Of a DNA stretch of 64,000 bases, positions 36,801 to 46,464 are shown in pieces. The stretch's first letter is position 1; the number at the start of each line of letters is the position of its first letter. The stretch is from contig NW_024704742.1 of assembly GCF_018977255.1 (NCBI RefSeq), positions 39,248,001 through 39,312,000 of the forward strand. Reading direction: 5' to 3'. The position numbers and the translations under genes were made by a program. Below the pieces are notes generated by a model that saw nothing but the letters and a program-made list of their open reading frames with translations, ran no database searches and was not told the DNA's origin. The DNA is from Callorhinchus milii. Lineage: Eukaryota.

Positions 36801-39800
36801 GGAGAAACTCTCTTCTCTTTTCGAATAGTGCCATGGGATCTTTAACATCTACCTGAAAAGCAGACAGAATCTCAGTTTAACATCTCATTCGAAGGATGGC
36901 ACCTCTGACAATGCAACACATCCTCAACTGCATTGGAGTGTCAGCCCGCACTTGTCAATTCAAAGTCTTTATGTGGGACTTGAATTTACAATCTTTCTCA
37001 GAGCTGAGAGTCCCAGCTGAACAGAATGACACGCAAGATTCAAGTAGTGTGGTTATAACTACAACCCTATATGCCATAGTCCATAGGGCAAGATTAACAT
37101 AGTCAGATAAGTACATTAAACCCCCATCTTACCAGACTCCGGGTATCCGGAATTTGGAACGAGTCAGACAGGACCCGAAAGCGAAAAATTGATAAAAGTT
37201 CCGTGGACTGAGTGCAGACTCATGCCGGCCACTCTCCTAGAGCGCTCCCCTACATCACCATGATTGTTGGTCTTCAGTGGCCAGGGATATTGACTTTGAT
37301 TCAGTTTGAATCCCTCAAGCAGAAGACAGCTTATTCGCTATTCAACAATTACAGTGACAGTACTGGCATTTACCAGTATTTTGAGGCGTTTTGCAGAAAA
37401 AAATCCAACGCTAAGAAAAGCTGGTAAATGCTGGCATTGTAATTACATTTAACTGGAAATTCTGACTTGATGACCATTGGTCTACTGTACTATAAAAGTA
37501 GCCAGTGTTTCATGCAGTCATACCTTTACCAAGTGTATTTGATTTCATATTACCTGGGTGGTGGTGCTGGTTGCTGTGGGGAAAAAAACAGTTCAGCTGT
37601 TGATGATCCAAATACAACATTAATTATACATTGTTATGCCACGTAATAGACTAGTTAGCAAAATTGAACTCCATGGGATAAAAGGGTTAAAAGGCAGTGT
37701 GGATATGAAATTGTCTAGGAGATAGAAAGTCGTGAATGGTTGTTTTTCAGTCTGGAGGGAAGTATACAGTGGTGTCCCCAGGGGTCACTGTCAGGTCCAC
37801 TGCTCTTTTTGATATATGTGAGTGATTTGGACTTGGGTATAGAAAGCAAACTTTTAAAGCTTGCAGATGGCACAAAACTTGGGAATGTAGTAAACAGTGA
37901 GGAGTATGGTAGCAGACTGCAGGAGATAGACAGACTGATAAAATGGACAGACGCGTGGCAGATGAAGTTTAATGCAGAGAAGTGTGAGGTGCTACATTTT
38001 AGGAAGAATGAGAAGAGGTAATATACACTAAATGGTCCAATTTTAAAGGGGGTTCAAGAGCAGAGTGACCTGGGGGTTCACATACACAAGTCTTAGAAGA
38101 TGGCAGGACAGGTTGATAGAGCTGTTAAGAAAGCATATGGGATCCTTGATTTTATAAATAAAGGCATAGAGTACAAAAGCAAGAAAGTTTTGCTACACAA
38201 TAACAATGTAAACAAAATTAAATTTCTATAGCACCTTTCACGTCCGGAGGACATCACAACCTTTATAAGTCACTGGTTAGGTCTCAGCTGGAGTATTGTG
38301 TCCAATTCTATGCATGATAATCTAGGAATGATATCAAAACCTTGTGCAGAAGAGATTTACCAGAATGGTATCAGCGATGAAGGACTTTAGTTATGTGGAG
38401 AGACTAGAGAAGCTGTGATTGTTCTCCTTAGAGCAGAGAAGGTTAAGGGGTGATTTAATAGAGGTGTTCAAAATTATGAAGGGTTTTGATAGAGTAGATA
38501 GGAAGAAACTGTTTCCTCTGGCAGGTGGGTCAGTAACCATGGCACATAGATTCAAGATAATTGGCAATAAAACCAGAGGGGAGATGAGGCAAAATTGTTT
38601 TACACAGAGAGTTGTTATGGACTGGAATTCATTGCTTGAAATGGTTGTGAAAACAGATTCAGAACAACTTTCAAAAGGGAATCGGATAGGTACTTGAAAA
38701 GGAAAGATTTGCAAGGATTTAGGGAAAGAGTGGGGGAGTGGGACTGATTGGAATATTACAGCACTCTATGCTATAATATTCTATGATTCTATGATTAAAT
38801 CGTGTGAAGCAGAGAGCTCTTGTGTTTTACTTGTGTTTGTAGCTTTACTCCAATTACTCTCAAAACAAAAAGAACCTTCTGTAACAAAACAAGAAAATAG
38901 AAGTGACCACGCCTTCTCCAGACCATGGGAAAGTTTGTCTGAGGCTTGTTCATTGAACCTGTCTCCTCAAGTTCTGTCCTTGGTCCAATTTAATATCACA
39001 AACATGATCCAAGCTTTGAAAACACTGAGAAGCCTAAATGAAACAGATGTCTATGATTCTCAAGCGTTTTCAAGGCTGGGATCATGTTCCTGATCATACT
39101 GAAGAACTAGATAAATAGAATAAAGTTTGCGGGCTTTTAAGTCTACAGCTGCTAAAATTATTTCAGCGAAAAATGATTCTTGTGAAAGGTGATAGATTCC
39201 TTCAAGGTAATAACAAAAAATGGCAATCGAGAACTAAAGGAAGATTCTACTTCCCGAGAGGAATGAACTGCCATCTAGCGACTGCTGGTGTTTTTTACAC
39301 AGTGACAGGCTTAAACATTGTAATCTCCACTTCCAATTTTTAACTAAACATTTTTAGCAACAAACTGAGTGACAGACTGATTATTAAAATCTGCTTGTGA
39401 GAAAATGAAATGATGAGAACAAAGATGTGATATAATTCAACAAAAGCATCCTTTTCATGGATTGCCAAACATAATGAACAATTTGAGATATCCTTACCCT
39501 GATTTCAAGGATCGAACTTTTCTCTGACAAACAAAAAGAAAAGTAGTATTGTTATAGCTTTTTCACAAACATGAAGTCAAGCTTAACCTACTCACAGCAC
39601 TACTAAATTTATTGCTAATTTGTTATGTTAAAATAGTACAGAAGTTGCAGTATAAATATTTTTCACATCTGGAACAGTTTCAGCAACATTGAGATTGATG
39701 AATTGCTGGGTCAAGGCCGTATAGTAACTGTTAAGAAATAAATATGCATATAAATGAAACCTAAACAAAACATCAGAAGATTGTGAGTTCAACGACATCA

Positions 39801-42800
39801 GTACTTTGAATTCATATAGTCCAGCCCAGTTCATTGCAAAGTGTTGCATTGTTTGAGTTACCATCCTTTGGATGAGATGTTAAACCAAGGTTAGTTTATC
39901 TGTCCAGGTGGCCATAAAAGATCCCATGGCACTATTTGAAAAGAGAAGGGAGTTTCTTCTGTGTCCTGACCAACAAACTCCCAAATAAAATTGGTCACTT
40001 ACTCCATGATTGTTTGTGGGATATTGCTTTGGGTAAATGGGTTGCTGCATTTGCCTCCAAAACACACAGTCACTACACTTTACAGTATATCATATGAAGT
40101 GCTTTGATATGTCTTTCGAACATGAAAGGCACTATATCAAATGCGATGATTATTATTGAAGATCATAGAAATCCCTTTTCAAGAGTAATGCTCATTGCCA
40201 AGAATAACTCTACTTCATTATTTTAATACTGGGAGTAATTTCCAGGTTCGCTTAGGCTATCCATAGAATTTGCCTTTGTGCCAACATGTGTACAGCAGTA
40301 ATGAAGGTGTCTATTTAGATAATTAAGAACTGATGGAAACGATTCATGAGTTTCTATAAATCTTTTCAACGGTTGTTAATTACACATGGTTAACTCAACT
40401 TCACAATTGTGCACGAGGTGTTAACCAAACCAATAAATTATACTCTACTGTAACTGAAACCAGCTATTTTTAATTCATTTGACATATAGGAAAATTATAT
40501 AGTTGGTCATGATACATATGCACCAGCACAGGCGACGGATAATATTGCAGTTACACTGTTGGGAAGGAATCAGCTTCACTCTTATGTGACTTGCACTTCC
40601 CCCTCCACATCACTTACAATAATGTCAGGAAAAAAAAGGGGTTGAGATTTTAAGTTTATTAACATGCTATTTGCTCATCAATAACACTAAAAGTACTCTG
40701 TTAAAGAACCAATAGCTTTGAATTGAGGATCAAGCCCAGGATAATATGTATTTACCATGTGTACACTGTGCAGTTACAAATTGTAGCCTAGAACTTATCT
40801 TAACCTCACAATAAACCAACAGTTGTATTATACTTTGGTTTTCTGAGACCTGCAATTATTACACTAACTAACCATGGCATCTTATTCTTAGATATGGTAC
40901 AGAAAAGATAGTTATCTCTTTGGATCTCTTTGAGACAAAAGCATAGTTCAATTTTTTTAAATTGGACATTAGGTGATTATACAGATGATTAGAGAAGAGT
41001 AAGATTCGTTTAAATCTAAGGTCTGTTTAATATAACTTGACGTGTTGTTTATTCCAAAACTTTCTCTTCAGCGAAAAGATTAATATGATGCAAAGTTGCA
41101 AATAATCAATCTTAAAATAAATATTTGCAAAGTAAAAGAAAAATCTCTCATCCAAATCATCAAATAAATCATAGCAGATTCATAATCCAGCCAAAAGTTT
41201 AACTGTCAAAATGAATCATGCCTAGAGATTACAGTAGGGCAGGTTGGAACTATCCATCCAGGCTTCTGAAGCATTAAACAAAACAGCAGACTAGGTACAC
41301 TGTAACTATCTGCCATTTAACTGTTAACCATAACTCTGTTCGTAACTCTGTCTGTTCAGCACCTTAGGAAGTCCTCCCGATGTGAAAGACGCTTTACAAA
41401 TGTAATTTTGTTGTTGTTGTTGTAACCAATAGTCCTTTTAGGCCTCAAGCAGGGAATCACCTTCAAGTTACATGGTCTCACGTTCTCCAGTCATTCTGAA
41501 GCCTTTGATTTTTCTTCGGTCCAAGTATTGACAGAAGGGCAAAGCCATTCAAGCCAGCAAATGTTTCTTGCCAGTCCCCAGGTAGGTTGTGACCTACCTG
41601 GGGACTGGCATACTACTGGTCATTTTTCCCCTTCCCACCCCATTCTGCTCCCACTCCCAGGTTGGATACCCAGCCAGCAGTGCCAAATGTTTTGTGATGT
41701 TCTCCCATGCAAAAGCTGCTATATAAATATAAATTGTATTGTATTTCTTCAGCCTTTTTTTGTAATCCTTCCATAATATTGCAAAGTTTTTTTTTTCAAT
41801 ATACAATCTTTCAAAATACAAAATCTTCTGAGCTCAATGGAGACTGAAAACTGCAAATTAATTACATGCTTATTGATAGAAGTGAACCAAACTTTCACTG
41901 TTTTTTTAAAAAAATATAACACATTAAGAGCCTACCTGGGGACTGGTGAGAAACATTTGCTGGCTTGAATGGCTTTGCCCTTCTGTCAACACTTGGACCT
42001 AAGAAAAATCAAAGGCTTCAGAATGACTGGAGTGTAATCCTCTATTATCACACATGGAATAGTTATAATAGTCTTCTTTATTTACTTTGAGTAAACATTG
42101 TAACTCGAAGATCATAATCGCACAAGAGGCTTGGTTGAAGATGGCTCTTGGACTATACAATCTCATTGTTCTGGAATCTCAACCTGATTGTCTTCCAATT
42201 ATAACATCAAGCTATTTATAAAACAAGTACAGTGTCTTGTCATTGGAATTGGACCAAGCTCAACCATAATTTGCATAAATTTGTCTCTCTTCCGCTCCTC
42301 CATTCCAGAAATAATTTCAAATCCTCTTTCTCCCACTGGAGTATGGTTCTATGATTGCTGTACACCAATAAAGAGGAAACGGAATTGAAATCATCAGTGT
42401 TCCTCATCTAAGTGGCCATTACTCATGTGTGAATGTTAACAGTGAGCACTGACAGGCTATCAAATGGCTGGAGCAGCAAAGCGGAGTCCGATCCAGTACT
42501 TTCACTCCACAAAATGCAAATCCCAGCAGACATATCTGGATAAGGATTGGGAACCCTGGCTGATTCTCCCCTCCCTTAAACCAAGGAGCACTGAAGTAAA
42601 TTGTAGTATCCAGACTGCTGTCAGGCTGAGATTAGCAAACTCAATACAATTATATTGTATTTAACTCAGCGCAGATCTGGATTCAAACCCAGACGTTCTG
42701 TTTTTTTAATAGTTAGATTCTCTTCTGATATTGTGTGTTATTCACAGATCTTTTATGAGTAGAAAAATATCATCTCGATAAAAATGCACTGGGTATATAG

Positions 42801-45800
42801 TCCCCAAAGGTAATGGGGGGTTGGGGGTAAGGGGGGGTGGGGGAGAAATTGTCTTTTGTAAAATTAAAGGTATTTGTAAGGGTCTCTATCGGAAGGGGCA
42901 GATGACCAGGCAGTTTAGATTTATAGAGTTAGAGTTTTAAGTTCTCTAAAACTTAAGGATATTTTTGAGATAAATCTTTATCAGAAGCGCAAAATACTGA
43001 TATAAGATCTTAATTCCCCTTTGACTACTTTAGTCAGAGGGTAGTAAAAATGTAGAATGGATTGCCTAAGAAAGTAATTGAGGCAAGTGTTAGCTACAAC
43101 AAAACATAACTAAATTGGTAGATGATGGCATTGGAATTGATGTGTACGAGAGCTTTATAAAATGGGACTGATAATAATAATAATCCTTGCATTTGATATA
43201 GTGCCTGACTGACAGACAGACTGACAGAATATGTTTCCACATGAGCCAGATACTCGGCCTACCCCACCCCACAAAAAGCTACACATTTCTCAAAGAGCCC
43301 TGTATAAAATGGCATCATTACAGTTTTACCAAAATACCGGAAAGCATACTACTAAACAGAAAACAGGAAACTGTTCTGAGTCCTTGCAGTCAGCTCTACA
43401 AGAGACTAACAAGTAAGCCTCAAAAGAAATGTCAAGTACAGGAAAACCACAAATAATTGAGTTTCAGTTTTTGAAGAAATTGGTGCGTTTGCTAAGAATG
43501 GAAGCCAAACCTTCAGAAGGTTGGTGAAGAGTTTCAGGGCCAGGAAACTGAATAACCGAACGTGAGTTGGATTCAGAAATATTCTTGCCTCTCTGCATTG
43601 AGAAAAAGAACATATATTGAAAAATAAATTACAAAATCAAGGCATCGGATGCATAGATTAAAAGTAACTTTTAACTAAGAGTAAAAGCAAAAGGACAATA
43701 GATTTAATTACTATAAACTAATGTAGAACGGCTAAACTATAATTATTAATCTGGGCAATATTACAACAACCATTGCCAATCTCATGTTTTAATAAATGTT
43801 CTGTGTTTGTTTCTAAAGTTCCGTTAAGGACAAGACAACGGCTGCTTTGGTTGTGAGGTACGGACAGAGGCAGACAATGTGACGGAGGCAGTTATGATCA
43901 GATACAATTAAAGAAGCTGCTTACATTGTTATTGTTCCCGCAGTATGTGTTGGGTTGAACATTCAACATTGAATGTTGTCTAATAACCCCTGAAGGTTGT
44001 TGAAACAGGGCTGGTCTATCCATTGGAACGCGTGTAGGTGGCAAAGATGGTAAACAATTCTTGTCTGTTATGATAAAGAAAACAAAATTCCAAGGGGTTT
44101 CTTTGTTCAATTCATGAGCCTTTATAATAACTCTGAAGCCTTATTCAACTGTAATACAATTCCAAATGTGTTAGTCAGGCTGTACAATGCTTATTATGTT
44201 TAAAAAAGGAGCACATTTCATATTCATATCACTTTCTGCAATGTATCTGAATATTACAGCAGAAACTGAAGTGGTGAATAAAAATAATTGCTTTTCAATC
44301 AAAACTGAGAAAAATGTATTCAAGCATAGCTACACAGTAATCTGATATCTAGCTTTATAAGCATCAATACCTTGTGAATTGTTTTTGATATGTAACAGTG
44401 GGTTAAACACAGACTATAAACTAGTTTCCTTGTTGTCATATGGACTTTGTTAGATGAGGTAGTAAACTATTGAGAGCACAACACAGCACAATAAAATTGA
44501 AATACGGTAACTTGAAGTTAATCATTTCCTAACCGTCGTACAAGCAAATCATAATCTTTGCAGTGAGTTCAAATTATAGTTGAGCTTTTTAAAAATATAC
44601 AATAAATCTTCAATGGTTTTGGAGTAGTTACGTCACAAATATTTAGCAATGTGAAGAATGATCTGGGTGTTTAGAAGTTTGTGTTCACTGTAAGAAAGAA
44701 ACAAGCAGAAACAATTTCATTTGGAGCTGACTTCAGAATCTTCCAATACACATACACTCAGCATTAGCTGCAGCCGATCAGTAGAGGGCAAGAATGTTCA
44801 ATCTTCATGTATTGGTTCAACTGTACGAGAAAAATATTTCTCGAGAGCTGTAAATCTTTCCAGCTGTACAAAGCCTGAAAGCTCTAATGTTACATTTTCC
44901 ATCTTTTTTTTCCTCTCGTGTTCCCAACTTCTTTTTCCTCTCTTAAAGATGTATGGGATTTATCCCATGAGCATTCTCAGCGCTATAGTGACTCATTGAT
45001 ATGATCATTCTTTACGTGTGAATCTAGTCAATGAGTGGTTATGGGGTATTCAACCACAAAGGACATCACAGCTAAATTCTGTCCTCAGCTAATGTCATGT
45101 ACATGGACTTTCCAGGAATTACATTATATTAACAATCAGAAACAGGGCTGGGCTGATTCCACCACCACCCACCCTCCGCCACTACCCACCACACACACGT
45201 ACCTATGATTAGATTTTGAGCCTGGGTGAAGCACTCCTATTACTCATTTGGCTGCTGTCAGTAAGACATGCACAGAGTAGTGATCTAATTCTGATTGACA
45301 AGGCTCATTAACATATAAAATAATCCTTGCATTCACCCAAAGAAACATAGGAGGAGTAATGTTTCATATTTAATAACACTCAGACACACATCAGAGAGCT
45401 GAAATTTCTCCTGGTCTTTGTCCTAGGACCATTGTTTTAAAATTTATAATTGTGCAAAATATTGCAAAATTCTTAAATTCAGGTTTTAACATAACATAAC
45501 ATGTAGGACAGGAGTAGGCCATTCGGCCCTTCGAGCCTGCCCTGCCATTCAATCATGGCTGATCTTCTAATCTAACTTCAGCTAACAACCTAACCCTGCC
45601 TTATCCCCATATCCCTTAATTTGTTTTCCACACATTGATTTAAAAAAATTGGGTCTGAAAATTTTTTTGTAGGTCTTATCAATAAAAATAATACTCCTTG
45701 CATATGATATAGTACTTTTCACGTCTTTGAGACGTTTCAAAGCATTTCACGGAATATAAGAATAATAATAATCCTTGCATTTGATATAGCGCTTTTCACC

Positions 45801-46464
45801 TCTTCTAGACGTCCCAAAGCACTTCACAGAATATACTGTAAAGTGAATTGATTGTATATTTGTGGGCAAAATGTGGCAGCCAATTGCATATAGCAGCATC
45901 CCACAAACAGTCGTGGATTGAGTGACCAAATTATTATTGTTTTTTTTCTTGAAGGATTATTATCAGGTGTGTGGCGTAAGGAAACTTGCTCAAGGTTTTG
46001 CCCTGCTGGGAATCGAACCCAGGTCTCTCACATGTGAGGTAAGTGCTCTAACCACTGAGCTACAGGACTCCAAGTCCTGCTGATATTGATCACAAAAATA
46101 GCAATTGTTTTACTGCTTCTTTATAATGGGCCTAAGCATAAAATATTCCTCTTAACTTCAGCAAAACAATGATCCATGCTCTGTGTTTAACCTTAAGAAT
46201 GTTTTATAGTTAGTATCCTAAAATAATAATAATAATTATCCTTGAATTTTGATATAGCCAAATATTACTATCAGTGCATGAATAAAATCTCACCTGCATA
46301 AACTGACTGCATGTTTATTGGCTTTGCAGGACAAATTTTCACATGTCGCAGATCGTCCAGGCTGGATGAAACTACATAATCATAGCTAAGTTCCTGATCA
46401 CTATCCTCAATAGGGATTTCGTATTCAGATTCATCTTCAATCATCATCCTTGTGTTGCATCCAT
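24741..46464 (-). CDS. CLNK: CLNK/MIST (SLP-76 family adaptor), span of 15 well-supported coding exons (~776 codons)
   Basis: All exons have AG/GT boundaries and compatible phases. [42 protein letters not shown] and the C-terminal SH2 match human CLNK as recalled (KILPARPIKESEYAD, PLPPPRP..LPKKYQPLPPEP, RCQP); synteny with ZNF518B. Confidence 0.88.
25281..25588 (-). mobile_element. tRNA/Deu-SINE
   Basis: Head ggagtcctgtaacgcattggttagagc on -, ATT tail. Confidence 0.85.
26543..27225. mobile_element. Nested SINEs: + copy (26543-26720 and 27031-27225) split by an inverted full copy (26714-27025)
   Basis: ggataataat occurs on both sides of the inner copy and the outer halves are contiguous in the consensus. 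Confidence 0.85.
27385..27610 (-). mobile_element. Older DeuSINE (SacSINE1/AmnSINE-like); related copies ~34615-34985(+), 36725-37025(-), 39830-40160(+)
   Basis: agtgccatgggatctttaacatc..gtttaac..ctgcattggagt..gtgctaccgactgagcca blocks shared between copies. Confidence 0.6.
27814..27969 (-). CDS. CLNK: CLNK SH2 core exon
   Basis: [52 protein letters not shown]|gtaagt; FLVR motif; phase 0-0. Confidence 0.95.
28014..28445. mobile_element. L2 fragment (+, 28014-28240) followed by SINE 3' part (-, 28248-28445)
   Basis: [44 protein letters not shown] tail and Deu core. Confidence 0.8.
28986..29063 (-). CDS. CLNK: CLNK SH2 first exon
   Basis: atttcag|[26 protein letters not shown]|gtaacc; phase 0-0. 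Confidence 0.93.
29762..29853 (-). CDS. CLNK: CLNK exon
   Basis: (V)[30 protein letters not shown]|gtaaat; phase 1-0. Confidence 0.8.
30159..30187 (-). CDS. CLNK: CLNK 29-nt microexon
   Basis: tttttatgctag|(S)TSNRISQIP|gtataa; phase 2-1, needed to join the flanking exons. Confidence 0.7.
30839..30868. repeat. (CA)n microsatellite
   Basis: Direct reading. Confidence 0.9.
31259..32426 (-). CDS. CLNK: CLNK 1168-nt exon containing the 21-bp coding VNTR
   Basis: ttttttcatttag|(G)[35 protein letters not shown]..(NRDPPLL)n..[11 protein letters not shown]|gtacaa; phase 1-2, no stops. Confidence 0.8.
31300..32370. repeat. 21-bp minisatellite, ~50 units (AGTAGGGGCGGGTCTCTGTTC)
   Basis: Direct reading; all units 21 nt. 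Confidence 0.97.
32779..33094 (-). mobile_element. Full-length tRNA/Deu-SINE
   Basis: Head, core and tail present. Confidence 0.9.
34994..35009 (-). CDS. CLNK: CLNK 16-nt microexon
   Basis: tttttcctcaacag|IIPRK(G)|gtgagt; phase 0-1; strong splice sites. Confidence 0.7.
35660..35687 (-). CDS. CLNK: CLNK 28-nt microexon
   Basis: ttctctttcag|(V)SPWKNTNDE|gtatct; phase 2-0. Confidence 0.7.
35804..35938 (-). CDS. CLNK: CLNK proline-rich exon
   Basis: (R)[44 protein letters not shown]|gtaagt; phase 2-2. Confidence 0.9.
36030..36265 (+). mobile_element. tRNA/Deu-SINE 3' two-thirds
   Basis: Deu core and tail. Confidence 0.8.
37554..37573 (-). CDS. CLNK: CLNK 20-nt microexon
   Basis: tttttttccccacag|QPAPPP(R)|gtaata; phase 0-2. 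Confidence 0.85.
37640..38790 (+). mobile_element. CR1 LINE 3' fragment, with a short inverted L2-type tail inserted at ~38198-38260
   Basis: [58 protein letters not shown]; (ATTCTATG)n-like tail. Confidence 0.9.
39498..39523 (-). CDS. CLNK: CLNK 26-nt microexon
   Basis: tttttgtttgtcag|(E)KSSILEIR|gtaagg; phase 1-0. Confidence 0.75.
41485..41586 (+). repeat. Inverted copy of the CLNK exon region 41931-42032
   Basis: 102 nt, 4 mismatches against the reverse complement of 41931-42032. Confidence 0.97.
41612..41745 (+). mobile_element. LINE (L2-type) 3' tail fragment
   Basis: gttggatacccagccag..gctatataaatataaattgtattgtatt; related to 32686-32780. Confidence 0.55.
41936..41998 (-). CDS. CLNK: CLNK 63-nt symmetric exon with RxxK motif
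   Basis: gatttttcttag|(G)[20 protein letters not shown]|gtaggc; phase 1-1. Confidence 0.88.
42270..42700 (-). mobile_element. LF-SINE-like fragment (further candidates ~28480-28740 +, ~44915-45160 -)
   Basis: aagtggccattactcatgtgtga, gaaccctggctgattctcccctccc, ctcagcgcagatctggattcaaaccc. Confidence 0.55.
43511..43592 (-). CDS. CLNK: CLNK exon
   Basis: tttttctcaatgcag|[27 protein letters not shown]|gtttgg; phase 0-1. Confidence 0.75.
43925..44064 (-). CDS. CLNK: CLNK exon
   Basis: (D)[46 protein letters not shown]|gtaagc; phase 1-0. Confidence 0.8.
45497..45620 (-). mobile_element. CR1 3' terminal fragment
   Basis: Near reverse complement of 19005-19138. Confidence 0.85.
45761..46071 (-). 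mobile_element. Full-length tRNA/Deu-SINE
   Basis: Head, core and tail present. Confidence 0.9.
46294..46464 (-). CDS. CLNK: CLNK acidic tyrosine-motif exon (alternative acceptor would start at 46468)
   Basis: (D)[56 protein letters not shown]|gtgaga; YEIP = YxxP phospho-motif. Confidence 0.88.

Noticed and set aside
37110..37260. CpG-rich patch with a donor-like site (gtaaga on -) as a CLNK exon
   Set aside because: Not needed for phase continuity and no clear acceptor; may be a DNA-transposon end, but unsupported.
24741..46464. Calling the adaptor BLNK or LCP2 (SLP-76)
   Set aside because: [23 protein letters not shown] and PLPPEP fit CLNK; the neighbour is ZNF518B; no SAM-domain exons were recognised.
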